A stretch of 64,000 nucleotides of DNA from Planctomycetota bacterium (GTDB lineage Bacteria; Planctomycetota; JAJSAM01; JAJVHW01): NCBI GenBank assembly GCA_021776825.1, contig JAJFFG010000103.1:11145-75144 (forward strand). The letters are read 5' to 3'. The position numbers and the translations under genes were made by a program. The notes beneath the pieces were generated by a model. That model had not been told where the DNA came from. It worked only from the letters and a program-made list of their open reading frames with translations, and ran no database searches. This document shows positions 1 to 8,459 of this stretch, in pieces; the stretch's first letter is position 1, and each line of letters opens with the position of its first letter.

Positions 1-76
1 CCGTCACGCCGACCGCCGCGGCCAGCAGCACGAGCCGCCCGCACCACGGATCGTCGAGGCGTTCGTCGTCGCTCAT
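1..76 (-). CDS. Hypothetical protein, N-terminal fragment only (the gene continues beyond the window edge). Its ATG at 74-76 overlaps the TGA of the upstream DUF58 gene (ATGA).
   Basis: Reverse strand reads ATGAGCGACGACGAACGC... (MSDDERLDDPWCGRLVLLAAAVGVT...), an open frame running to the window edge. The 4-bp ATGA overlap with the DUF58 stop suggests a third operon member. Confidence 0.35.
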   Translation of the reverse strand, partial: MSDDERLDDPWCGRLVLLAAAVGVT

Positions 77-1224
77 CCCGCAATCCCCAGACGCCGCACC
101 GCACCGGACGACAGGGCGCGGCGGAACGTGCGTCGCATCGCGGGGCTGGTGACGTCGAGGCGACGCGCGCCCGGCACCTGCAGTGCACCACCCGGCGAGA
201 CGTGCAGCACGACCTCGTCCGGGCGCGAGGCGATCCGGTCGAGGGCAGCGGTGGGGTCGCTCTCTGAGGCGGGCGCAACCTGCGCCAAAGCGGCGAGAAG
301 CGGGAACAGCGCGGCGCGGCCGCGACGACGATCAGCGGTGACCGACACTTGGCCGACAACGGACAGCCGCACCGGATGTCCGCGCCGCAGGTAGTGTTCG
401 GAGAGCGTCGCCGCCAGTCCGATGGCGCGCTCGAGCGGCCCGCGCAGTCCGATGTCGGCACCATCGATCGCGTCGGTCGTGAGAACCACGTGCACGCGGA
501 AGCGGCCGGCGCTGCGCAGTTCGCGAATGACCCGTCGCCCGCGGCGCGCCGTGAGTTTCCAGTGCACCCGCCGCAGGCTCTCGCCCTCGCGCCACTCCCG
601 CAGCCCGTGGAACTCCTCTTCGCCGAGACGATCCCGCGTTCCCGACAAATCGAGCCCGCCGGCGGAGACCGAAAAGCGCTCGAGGTTCGCCACGCTGCCC
701 ACGCGGGGGAGGACGAGCACGTCCGCCGGTACCTGGAAGAAGGCGGTGCAGGCGACGAGGCCGAACGGGTACCCGGAGACGAGCGTCAGCGGCAGCTGCG
801 CGTGGCGACCGCGCGACAAGGCCCCGTGCTGGACCGTCACGGACTCCATCGCCTGCGGCTCGCACGCGCTCACGTAACCCGCGGCCTGTCGGTGGTCCAG
901 CGAGCCCGGTTCGCCGCAGTGGATCGCGAGATCGCGCGCCACCCACGGTCCGTCGTTCGACACCGTCACGTCGAGAGCGAAGCGCCGGCCGGCGAACACG
1001 GATGCCGGCCCGACGGGCTCGACGGACAGCCCGCGCACCTGCCAGCGGGCGACGAGGGCCGCGGTCAAGGGCGCGGCCAGTCCGGCCGCCGCGACGACGA
1101 TCAGCGACGCGCGTCCTCCGCCGAGCACCAGCAGGATCGCCATGAGCAGACATGCGACGATCGCCGCCTGCCCCAGCGGGGTGAGACGCAGCGCGATCCG
1201 CTCGGGGATCGCCGCGCTCTTCAC
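73..1224 (-). CDS. DUF58 domain protein (MoxR-associated, BatA/VWA-operon type)
   Basis: 383-aa ORF with the DUF58 signature region ...GESLRRVHWKLTARRGRRVIRE.... A TM/signal-like N-terminus. Its start overlaps the moxR stop by 4 bp. Confidence 0.75.
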   Translation of the reverse strand: MKSAAIPERIALRLTPLGQAAIVACLLMAILLVLGGGRASLIVVAAAGLAAPLTAALVARWQVRGLSVEPVGPASVFAGRRFALDVTVSNDGPWVARDLAIHCGEPGSLDHRQAAGYVSACEPQAMESVTVQHGALSRGRHAQLPLTLVSGYPFGLVACTAFFQVPADVLVLPRVGSVANLERFSVSAGGLDLSGTRDRLGEEEFHGLREWREGESLRRVHWKLTARRGRRVIRELRSAGRFRVHVVLTTDAIDGADIGLRGPLERAIGLAATLSEHYLRRGHPVRLSVVGQVSVTADRRRGRAALFPLLAALAQVAPASESDPTAALDRIASRPDEVVLHVSPGGALQVPGARRLDVTSPAMRRTFRRALSSGAVRRLGIAG

Positions 1225-2174
1225 GACGGGATGCGCGTCTCTTCGAGGACGCGCCGCACCAGCTCTTCCGGGTCGCTCTCGTCCGTCCCATCGACCGGCG
1301 CCGGCACCACGCGATGCGCGAGTGCCGCCACGGCGAGTCGCTTCACGTCGTCCGGCACGCAGTAGTCACGTCCCTCGATCAGCGCCAACGCCTGTGCGGC
1401 GCGGCGCAGTCCGAGAGCAGCGCGCGTGCTCGCACCGAGGAGGAAGCGCGCGCTGCGGCGGGTCGCGCCGACCAGATCGAGCACGTACTCGATGATCGCC
1501 GGGTCCATCCGGACGGCCTGCGTGCGACGAATTGCGTCCAGCGTCTGCTCGCGCGTGAAGACCGGGATCAGCGCGTCGACCGGCGGGGCCGCGCCACGTC
1601 CCGAGAGGATCCTCCGCTCGTCGTCGCGGCGGGGATAGCCCATCCGCACGCGGAGCAGGAAGCGGTCGAGTTGCGACTCAGGCAATGGGTACGTGCCCTC
1701 GAACTCGACGGGGTTCTGCGTGGCGATCACGAAGAACGGTCGCGGCAGATCGCGCGTGTCGCCCTCGACGGAGACCTCGCCCTCGGTCATGCACTCGAGG
1801 AGCGCGGACTGGGTGCGCGGCGTGGTGCGGTTCAGCTCATCCGCGAGCACGACGTTGGCGAAGATCGGTCCGGGCCGGAAGCTGAACTCGCCGGTCCGGG
1901 TGCCGTAGACGGACACGCCGAGCACGTCCGCCGGCAGGAGATCCGACGTAAACTGGATGCGCTTGAACTCGATGTCGAGCGAACGCGCAAGCGCCCGCGC
2001 GAGCGTGGTCTTGCCCGTGCCCGGGACGTCCTCGATCAGGACGTGACCTTCGGCCAGGAGCCCCACGACCGCGAGGACCACGGCCTCACGCTTGCCATAG
2101 ATGGCACGCTCAACGTTGTCGATCAACGCCTGGAGGTCAGCAGCCGGTGCTGCCGTTCCGGAATCCGAGTCCAT
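1221..2174 (-). CDS. moxR: MoxR-family AAA+ ATPase
   Basis: Walker A motif GHVLIEDVPGTGKTTLARALA and a MoxR-like C-terminal region. The track ORF is longer (to 2381), but the first conserved Met is at MDSDSGTAAP, and the upstream extension is repeat-derived low-GC3 sequence. Confidence 0.85.
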   Translation of the reverse strand: MDSDSGTAAPAADLQALIDNVERAIYGKREAVVLAVVGLLAEGHVLIEDVPGTGKTTLARALARSLDIEFKRIQFTSDLLPADVLGVSVYGTRTGEFSFRPGPIFANVVLADELNRTTPRTQSALLECMTEGEVSVEGDTRDLPRPFFVIATQNPVEFEGTYPLPESQLDRFLLRVRMGYPRRDDERRILSGRGAAPPVDALIPVFTREQTLDAIRRTQAVRMDPAIIEYVLDLVGATRRSARFLLGASTRAALGLRRAAQALALIEGRDYCVPDDVKRLAVAALAHRVVPAPVDGTDESDPEELVRRVLEETRIPS

Positions 2175-2320
2175 CGACCCTCGCCTTCCCTCCCACTGTC
2201 GGAGATCCCAAACGTAGCACGCGGAGAATGGTTCATCGGTCTCCTGTGATCGTTGCAACCGGGGTCTCCGCCCGCGGAGACTGGCCGCCCGTGACTCGTC
2301 GCCCTTCTTCCTCCTCTGGC

Positions 2321-2383
2321 TCTTCCGGCTCCTCCACACAGTCTTCCGGCTCATCCACACAGTCTTCCGGCTCATCCACACAG
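2321..2383. repeat. Perfect 21-bp x3 tandem direct repeat (TCTTCCGGCTC(A/C)TCCACACAG) between the divergent moxR and hypothetical gene starts.
   Basis: Read directly from the sequence. The region has low third-position GC in all frames, so it is probably non-coding (promoter region). Confidence 0.8.
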
Positions 2384-2407
2384 CGCATCGCGCTGCCGGA
2401 GATCCGC

Positions 2408-2821
2408 GTGGCCGCCGTCGCGCTGAACGGAAGCGCCCTGCCGGCGCACGGTCCGATCTCGGCGTTCGCTGAGGAGCAGTGGGAGGATCTGGAGGTCGTC
2501 CAGCGCGTGCGTCCCGGCGTGTTTGCCGCCTCGGAGCGCGTGCTCGAGTTCGGGTGGAAGCACTGGCGCGTCGGCGCGGCGTACTTCCCGTGGCCCGTGC
2601 ACTGTCCGAACGCCCGGATCGAGATCCCCGAGCACGACAGCCACGTCTGGCTCGCCGCGAAGGGACCGCCGGACAGCAAGAACCGCTCGTGCCGCAAGCT
2701 CCTCGCCGCGTCAGCAGCCTCGATCGTCCAGGCCGGCGGAGCCGCGTTCGTCTGGTGGGCGCCGAACGCGCGCATCGTGTCGCCGGCGGAGTTCGTCCGC
2801 GCAGCGCTCGCCGAGCGATGA
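2408..2821 (+). CDS. Hypothetical protein. The start is uncertain: alternatives are ATG 2228 or GTG 2408. It is translationally coupled to the downstream HAD gene (ATGA overlap).
   Basis: High-GC3 coding signal runs from about 2390 to the stop at 2821 (…WKHWRVGAAYFPWPVHCPNARIEIPEHDSHVWLAAKGPP…). GGAG sits 8 bp before GTG 2408. No family recognised. Confidence 0.45.
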   Translation: MAAVALNGSALPAHGPISAFAEEQWEDLEVVQRVRPGVFAASERVLEFGWKHWRVGAAYFPWPVHCPNARIEIPEHDSHVWLAAKGPPDSKNRSCRKLLAASAASIVQAGGAAFVWWAPNARIVSPAEFVRAALAER

Positions 2822-4440
2822 CGCGCCTCTACGTCTCCGATCTGGACGGCACGCTCCTCGACGGCGACGCGCGTCTGCGCCCGGCATCTCGTGCCGCCCT
2901 GCTCCGGCTCCACGCAGCCGAGGTGCCCTTCACGATCGCGACGGCGCGCAGCGTCGTGTCGATCCGCGAGCTGATGGCCGGCGTTCCGTTACGCCTCCCG
3001 GTCGTCGCGTCGAATGGCGCGTACGTGGTGGAGGTCGAGAGCGGCGAGATCCTCGCGGTGCACACCGTCGACTCGGATGCCGCGTATCGCGCGATCGATC
3101 TCGCTCGCGCGGGGAGGCTGGGTCCGTTCGTGTCGACGGTCGCGGGCGAGTACGGCGGAATGCACTACGAGCGCCAAGAGAACGAGGGCATGGGCTGGTA
3201 CATCCGCGAACGCGAGGAGGCGAACGATCCTCGGCTGAAGCGCGTGGAGGACGTGCGTGCACACGTCGCCCCCGGGGTCACATGCGTCACGCTGATGGGG
3301 CGCGAGCCGGAGATCCGGATCGCGGAGCGTGAGATGCGCGACCGCTTCGGTGACGTGGCGACGCTGCACGCGTTCCACAACTGGTACTCGCCAGACTGGT
3401 GGTGGCTGACGGTCCACGGGCGTGAGGCGAACAAGGGCCACGCGCTGGGAGTCCTGCGGCGCCTCTGCGGGCTCGAGGACCACGAGGTCGTCGCGTTCGG
3501 CGACACCGAGGGCGACATTCCGCTGTTCGACGCCGCGGACGTTTCGATCGCGGTGCGGAACGCCGATCCGCCCGTCCGCGCCGCCGCCGATCACGTGATC
3601 GGACCGAACGACGACGACTCTGTCGTGCGTTTCGTGGAGCGCGACGTCGCCCAGCGAGGCCCAAACAAGACCGGAGGTCCAGACGAGACGACCCGCGAGG
3701 CGATCCGGGTACCGACCGCGAGCGGCGCCGAGCTCGCGGTCGAGGTCTATCGCCCGGCGGGGCCACCGACCGGTGCGGTCGTCATGGTGCACGGCTTCGC
3801 ATCGAGTCGGCAGAGTCAGAAGGGGCAGATGCTCAGCGCCGTGCTCGCTCGCGCCGGCCTCACCGTGCTCTGCCCGGACCTTCAGGGCCACGGCGAGTCG
3901 GACGGCCCGTTCGAGGAGCTCACCATCGGCCGCTCCGTGTCCGATGTGCGCGCGGTCGCGGACCTCCCTGCGTATCGCGATGCCCCTCGCCGCGCACTCA
4001 TCGGTTCCTCGTTCGGGGGCCTCGTCACCGCGTGGGCCGCCGCCGAGGATGCACGCCTCTGCGAGCGTCTGGTGCTGATCGCGCCGGCGCTGGGATTCCT
4101 CGAGCGCTACCTGGCCGAGCAGTCCGCAGACGCCATCGCCGCGTGGCGCTCCGGCACTCCCCACCAAATCGTGACGCCCTGGTATGAGGTCGCCCTCGGG
4201 ACCGACATCCTCGACGAGCAATCGGCGCGCACGATCGACACGCTGGTGAGCCGCCTCACCACGCCGACACTCAGCATCCACGGCACGGACGACGTCGCCG
4301 TTCCCCACGCAGTGAGCGTCGACTTCGTGGCTCGCGAGGGACCCGCTCCGCGGCGTCTTCGATCCGTCCCTGGCGGGGATCACTCACTCGCCGAGCACTA
4401 CGCGGATCTCGTCGAGAGCGTGCTCACCTTCCTCTCGTAA
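2818..4440 (+). CDS. HAD-IIB (Cof-type) phosphatase fused to a C-terminal alpha/beta hydrolase domain
   Basis: Start MTRLYVSDLDGTLL (HAD motif I DxDGT) and ...AFGDTEGDIPLF... (motif IV). The C-terminal half has ...VVMVHGFASSRQ...GHGESDG...IGSSFGG..., an alpha/beta-hydrolase nucleophile elbow. It is a single uninterrupted ORF. Confidence 0.75.
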   Translation: MTRLYVSDLDGTLLDGDARLRPASRAALLRLHAAEVPFTIATARSVVSIRELMAGVPLRLPVVASNGAYVVEVESGEILAVHTVDSDAAYRAIDLARAGRLGPFVSTVAGEYGGMHYERQENEGMGWYIREREEANDPRLKRVEDVRAHVAPGVTCVTLMGREPEIRIAEREMRDRFGDVATLHAFHNWYSPDWWWLTVHGREANKGHALGVLRRLCGLEDHEVVAFGDTEGDIPLFDAADVSIAVRNADPPVRAAADHVIGPNDDDSVVRFVERDVAQRGPNKTGGPDETTREAIRVPTASGAELAVEVYRPAGPPTGAVVMVHGFASSRQSQKGQMLSAVLARAGLTVLCPDLQGHGESDGPFEELTIGRSVSDVRAVADLPAYRDAPRRALIGSSFGGLVTAWAAAEDARLCERLVLIAPALGFLERYLAEQSADAIAAWRSGTPHQIVTPWYEVALGTDILDEQSARTIDTLVSRLTTPTLSIHGTDDVAVPHAVSVDFVAREGPAPRRLRSVPGGDHSLAEHYADLVESVLTFLS

Positions 4441-4935
4441 TCCAGGCAACACAGGGGTTCCAGCGTGCCTCGGGCTCTCAGTGTGAGAAATCTTTCATCA
4501 AAATGAGAGGCCCGGGTTGCCGACCGCCGTGGGCGTCCTACAGTGCGTTCGTGAAGCGTGACTCAGAGTGGTGAGGCACGTCAACGAGGTCGCTCCGGCG
4601 ACCACACATCACACATGAGATTGTGATCGAGTTCGCTCGGTCGCACCGGGAGCAGCCGACCCATGAGCCTGGGGTGGCGAACTCCTTTCCCTCTCGGCCC
4701 GGGTCCTTCACGGACCCGGGCTTGATGGATTCCAGGGGGTCGGTGCGCAGCGTAGTCGGCTCCGTGATCGAGCGTCGAGGGCGCCGCGTGATCGCGCTCC
4801 CGACAGCCGGATCTGGGCTCGAACATTGAGACTGCGTCTCAATTCAGCGACGCCGGTTCCAACTCTTGTCACCCCCGTTTCGCCGCGCTACCTTCCCCTT
4901 CCCACACGGCAACAGAATCAGCAGGAGAAGTGGAT

Positions 4936-5253
4936 ATGTCGTACGTGATCAACGGTAAGTGCATGGGCGAGCGTTACGGCGCGTGCGTCGAGGTCTGCCC
5001 CGTCGAAGCGATGCACTACGGCGACCACGAGGGCGCCCTGATGATGGTCATCCATCCCGACACCTGCATCGACTGCGGTGCGTGCCTCCCCGAGTGCCCG
5101 ATCGCCGCGATCGTGGACAGCGAGGACCAGGCTCCGGATTGGGCCGAGTACAACAAGGCCGCCGCCGAGATCTGGCCGAACGCCTCGGATCGCGACGCCT
5201 GGGAGCTGCGCGACCCGTCCGACCCGCCGCACAACCCGGCCAACGCCGTCTGA
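4936..5253 (+). CDS. fdxA: 7Fe ferredoxin (FdxA-like, 3Fe-4S plus 4Fe-4S)
   Basis: MSYVINGKCMGERYGACVEVCPVEAMH...IHPDTCIDCGACLPECPIAAI carries the classic two-cluster Cys pattern of Azotobacter-type FdI. Confidence 0.85.
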   Translation: MSYVINGKCMGERYGACVEVCPVEAMHYGDHEGALMMVIHPDTCIDCGACLPECPIAAIVDSEDQAPDWAEYNKAAAEIWPNASDRDAWELRDPSDPPHNPANAV

Positions 5254-5368
5254 CCGGCGCGCGCCGCAAGCGGCACCTGAAGGCCCGCGGGCTCTGCCCG
5301 TGGGCCTTCATCGATTCCCGAGAACGCCGCCCGACGTCTTGCGTCCAAGGCCGCAGAGGAGATCGTCG

Positions 5369-7126
5369 ATGACCCACACCGCTCTAGTCCGCACCGCTCT
5401 AGTCCGCACTGGCCTAGTCCGCACTGGCCTGATCCGCGCTGCCCTGATCCGCGCTGCCGGGTTCCGCACTGGCCGAACCCACGCTGCCCCGCTCGCCCTC
5501 CTGTTGGCGCTCTCCGCGCCCGCCCTCGCCCAGGAGGCTCGCGTCACCGCCCCGTCGCGGATCGATGCCGTCACGGTCTACGAGGACCGTGCGCTGGTCA
5601 CGCGGCGCGCCGACGTCAACCTGGCGCAGGGTGTCACGCGAGTGACGGTCGAACACCTGCCGCAGGGGCTCGACGCCGCGTCGCTACGGGCACGGTCGAA
5701 TGGCGTCCAGGTCCTCGGTGTCGAGATCGAGGCCGTGCACCTCGATCGTGAGAACCAGACGGTCCTGCGTGCGGCGCAGGAGGCGTTCCGAGTGGCGAAG
5801 CAGAAGGTCGCGTCCGCCTCGCTCGCCGAGGGGGAGGCCGAGTCGCGGTGGTCGCTCCTCGGGTCGATCCGCGCCACCACCGGAACGAACGTGTCCCGGA
5901 CACTCGGAGCGGGGGAAGCGCCGGACATCGAGGCGCTCGCGAAGGTGCTCGACTTCATCGCCGAGCGCTCCGCCTCGGCGCGCGATGCCTACGTGACGGC
6001 CACTGCGGCGGTGGAGTTGGCGAAGAACGAGGCGGCGACCGTAGAGCGCAGGCTCGAGGAACTGCAGGGCGCTGGCGCGAAGGAGGAGCGCAGAGCGATC
6101 GTGACGGTTCGCTCGGCTACCCCGGCCTCGGCGGAACTCGAGGTCTCGTACCTCATCCACGGCGCGTCGTGGAGGCCCGTGTACTCGCTGCGGGTCGCCG
6201 AGGACTTCCTCTCAGCCGACCTCGAGCTGGGAGCGATGGTCGCCCAGAACACCGGTGAGCCATGGGGCGACGTGCAGCTCGAGCTGACGACCGCCCGGCC
6301 GTCGACCGGCGCGTCGCCGCCCGAGCCCAACGCGTGGCGCATCGGCCTGCCGCGAAATGAGGCCGACGCCGACGCCGGAATGACCGCTCCCGTCGCCGCG
6401 AGGGCCCCCGCTCGCAAGATGGCCGCGCGCCTGGCCGCCCCCATGGAGGAAGCGGCCAAGCTCCGCCTGCACGTCGCACGCAGCGGCCTCGTCGTCGCGT
6501 TCTCCTCCCACCGCCGCGAGACCGTGACGTCGGGTGCGAAGCCGGCCCGCGTCGCGCTCGGTGAGTTCGCGCTCGCCCCCGAGGTCACCTGGACGGCGTT
6601 CCCCCGCTCCACGGACGACGTCTTCGTCACCACCGAGCTGAAGAACGACACCGGCGTCGCGCTGCCGACCGGCGAGGCGCGCGTCTTCGTCGGTCCGGAC
6701 TACGTCGGCCCGACGACCCTGGCGGACTGGGGTCTCGACGAGAAGGTCCGCGTCGGCCTTGGCGTCGACCGGCAGGTCGAGGTGGAGCGCGAGACGCTCA
6801 GCCAGGAGCGCTCGACCGAGGGCCTGTTCTCGAAGGACACCGTCCACGCCCGCCGCTACCGCATCTCCGTGGACAACCACCGTGCGCGTCCGATCGACCT
6901 GCGCATCCTCGACCAGGTGCCGGTCTCCGGCGACGAGGACCTGGAGGTCAAGCTGACCGAGAGCAGCCTCGCCCAGTTCAAGCTCCCGAAGCAGGAGGCC
7001 GAGAACAACGCCGCCCGCGGCGTCCTCGAGTGGCGCCCGACGCTGGCCGGCGGCACCCGCCTCGACCTCGACTTCGCCTTCGAGGTCCGCCACCCCAAGG
7101 GCGACGGCGTCTGGGGCCTCGACTGA
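5369..7126 (+). CDS. DUF4140/DUF4139 family protein (mucoidy-inhibitor MuiA-like), secreted
   Basis: N-terminal pattern ...IDAVTVYEDRALVTRRADVNLAQGVTRVTVEHLPQGLDAASLRA... is typical of DUF4140, and the signal peptide is PLALLLALSAPALAQEA. The N-terminal region is encoded by 15-bp tandem repeats. Confidence 0.6.
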   Translation: MTHTALVRTALVRTGLVRTGLIRAALIRAAGFRTGRTHAAPLALLLALSAPALAQEARVTAPSRIDAVTVYEDRALVTRRADVNLAQGVTRVTVEHLPQGLDAASLRARSNGVQVLGVEIEAVHLDRENQTVLRAAQEAFRVAKQKVASASLAEGEAESRWSLLGSIRATTGTNVSRTLGAGEAPDIEALAKVLDFIAERSASARDAYVTATAAVELAKNEAATVERRLEELQGAGAKEERRAIVTVRSATPASAELEVSYLIHGASWRPVYSLRVAEDFLSADLELGAMVAQNTGEPWGDVQLELTTARPSTGASPPEPNAWRIGLPRNEADADAGMTAPVAARAPARKMAARLAAPMEEAAKLRLHVARSGLVVAFSSHRRETVTSGAKPARVALGEFALAPEVTWTAFPRSTDDVFVTTELKNDTGVALPTGEARVFVGPDYVGPTTLADWGLDEKVRVGLGVDRQVEVERETLSQERSTEGLFSKDTVHARRYRISVDNHRARPIDLRILDQVPVSGDEDLEVKLTESSLAQFKLPKQEAENNAARGVLEWRPTLAGGTRLDLDFAFEVRHPKGDGVWGLD

Positions 7127-7147
7127 CCGCCGGGTACTCTGCCGCGC

Positions 7148-7489
7148 ATGGCAGAGCTCGAGACCTTCCCCAACCCGCGGCCCGAGCGGGACTATGAGAT
7201 CGAGATTGTGCAGCCGGAGTTCACGTCCGTCTGCCCGGTCACGGGGCACCCCGACTTCGGGACGATCCACGTGTCGTACGTGCCCGGCGAACTCTGCGTC
7301 GAGCTGAAGAGCTTCAAGCTCTGGCTGCAGACGTATCGCAACAAGGGCATCTTCTACGAGGCCGCCACGAACGAGATCCTCGACACACTTGTCGCCGCGC
7401 TCGCGCCCCGGAGCATGACAGTCACGGGAGAGTTCTCCGCGCGTGGCGGGGTCTCGACGACCATCCACTGCCGCCACGACGGAGAGTAG
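7148..7489 (+). CDS. queF: NADPH-dependent 7-cyano-7-deazaguanine (preQ0) reductase, type I
   Basis: CPVTGHPDFG catalytic Cys and the QueF motif ELKSFKLWL. 113 aa, unimodular type. Confidence 0.9.
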   Translation: MAELETFPNPRPERDYEIEIVQPEFTSVCPVTGHPDFGTIHVSYVPGELCVELKSFKLWLQTYRNKGIFYEAATNEILDTLVAALAPRSMTVTGEFSARGGVSTTIHCRHDGE

Positions 7490-7491
7490 CC

Positions 7492-8436
7492 GTGCGTACG
7501 CGCCTGGCTCCGAGCCCGACGGGTGCGCTGCACCTCGGCAACGCGCGGTCGTTCCTGCTGACGTGGCTCCACGCCCGTGCCGCTGGCGGCGAGATCGTCC
7601 TCCGCGTGGACGACCTGGACAGCCCACGCGTGAAGTCGGGCAAGGAGCGCGAAGCCCTCGACGACCTACGCTGGCTCGGGCTCGACTGGGACGAGCCGGA
7701 GCCGCCGCTTCGTCAGAGCGAGCGAGCGGAGATCTACGACGGCGTGGCGGACAGACTAGTCGCAGCGGGCCAGGCCTACCTCTGCGTCTGCACGCGCCGA
7801 GAGGTCGAGGAGGCCGCGAGCGCACCCCACGGACCGACCGGACCGAAGTACCCGGGGACCTGTCGTGAACGCTTCGCATCCGCCGCCGAGGCCACAGAAG
7901 AGACCGGTCGACAACCGTCGCTGCGCTTCGTCGTCCCGCCGGGAACGGTGACGTTCACCGACCAGCTCCAGGGCCCTCAGTCGTTCGATCCCGCCGCGGA
8001 GTCCGGCGACTTCCCGATCCGCAAGGCCAACGGGACCGCGGCCTACCAGCTCGCGACGGTGATCGACGACGCGGCCACCGGGATCGACCTCGTGATTCGC
8101 GGTGACGACCTCCTGCCGAGCACCGCGCGCCAAATCCTGCTCCAGCGCGCGCTCGGGCTCCCTGAACCCGCGACGCTGCATCTGCCGCTCGTCGTCGGTC
8201 CCGACGGCCGGCGCCTGGCGAAGCGCCACGGGGACACACGCGTGAGTGCGCTGCGACACGCCGGCTGGACCTCGGAGGCCCTGGTCGGCTGGCTTGCGGC
8301 CACGGCCGGGCTGGCGATCGAAGGCGAGCGTGTGGCCGCGGCCGACCTGATCCGCCGCTACGACCCGGCACTCCTGACCCGGGACCAAGTCGTGGTCGAC
8401 CCGGACCAAATCGGGCCGATCACCGAAGACGTGTAG
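7492..8436 (+). CDS. gluQ: Glutamyl-Q tRNA(Asp) synthetase (GluRS paralog lacking the anticodon-binding domain)
   Basis: GTG start 3 bp after the queF stop. ...APSPTGALHLGNARSFL... (HIGH-like), ...YLCVCTRREV..., ...GTCRERF..., about 310 aa, matching the YadB/GluQ-RS architecture. Confidence 0.85.
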   Translation: MRTRLAPSPTGALHLGNARSFLLTWLHARAAGGEIVLRVDDLDSPRVKSGKEREALDDLRWLGLDWDEPEPPLRQSERAEIYDGVADRLVAAGQAYLCVCTRREVEEAASAPHGPTGPKYPGTCRERFASAAEATEETGRQPSLRFVVPPGTVTFTDQLQGPQSFDPAAESGDFPIRKANGTAAYQLATVIDDAATGIDLVIRGDDLLPSTARQILLQRALGLPEPATLHLPLVVGPDGRRLAKRHGDTRVSALRHAGWTSEALVGWLAATAGLAIEGERVAAADLIRRYDPALLTRDQVVVDPDQIGPITEDV

Positions 8437-8459
8437 GATGCGGGCGCCTTCGGGCAACC

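Noticed and set aside
332-1365. Long Arg/Ala/Gly-rich ORFs overlapping real genes on the opposite strand or in alternative frames. Examples: 332-1291(-), 349-1365(+), 2523-3332(+), 2989-4383(-), 6212-7879(-), 8769-9785(-), 10412-11593(+), 13204-14787(-), 14381-15493(-), 15543-17270(-), 16864-18219(-), 18275-19711(-), 24778-25860(+), 54076-55710(+), 59718-60869(+), 62677-63957(-).
   Set aside because: These are a product of ~70% GC, where stop codons are rare in the antisense and shifted frames. The proteins are low-complexity Arg/Pro/Gly-rich with no domain signal, and each is fully shadowed by a gene with a clear family assignment.
4581-4829. Small ORFs 4581-4826(-) and 4623-4829(+) in the fdxA leader as candidate small proteins
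   Set aside because: Mutually overlapping on opposite strands, with no RBS or coding composition. The region is better explained as structured non-coding leader.
5078-5368. Upstream extension of the DUF4139 ORF (track start 5078) overlapping the end of fdxA
   Set aside because: The extension is Arg/Pro-rich, lacks coding signal, and overlaps the well-supported ferredoxin gene. The Met at 5369 precedes the repeat-encoded N-region and signal peptide.
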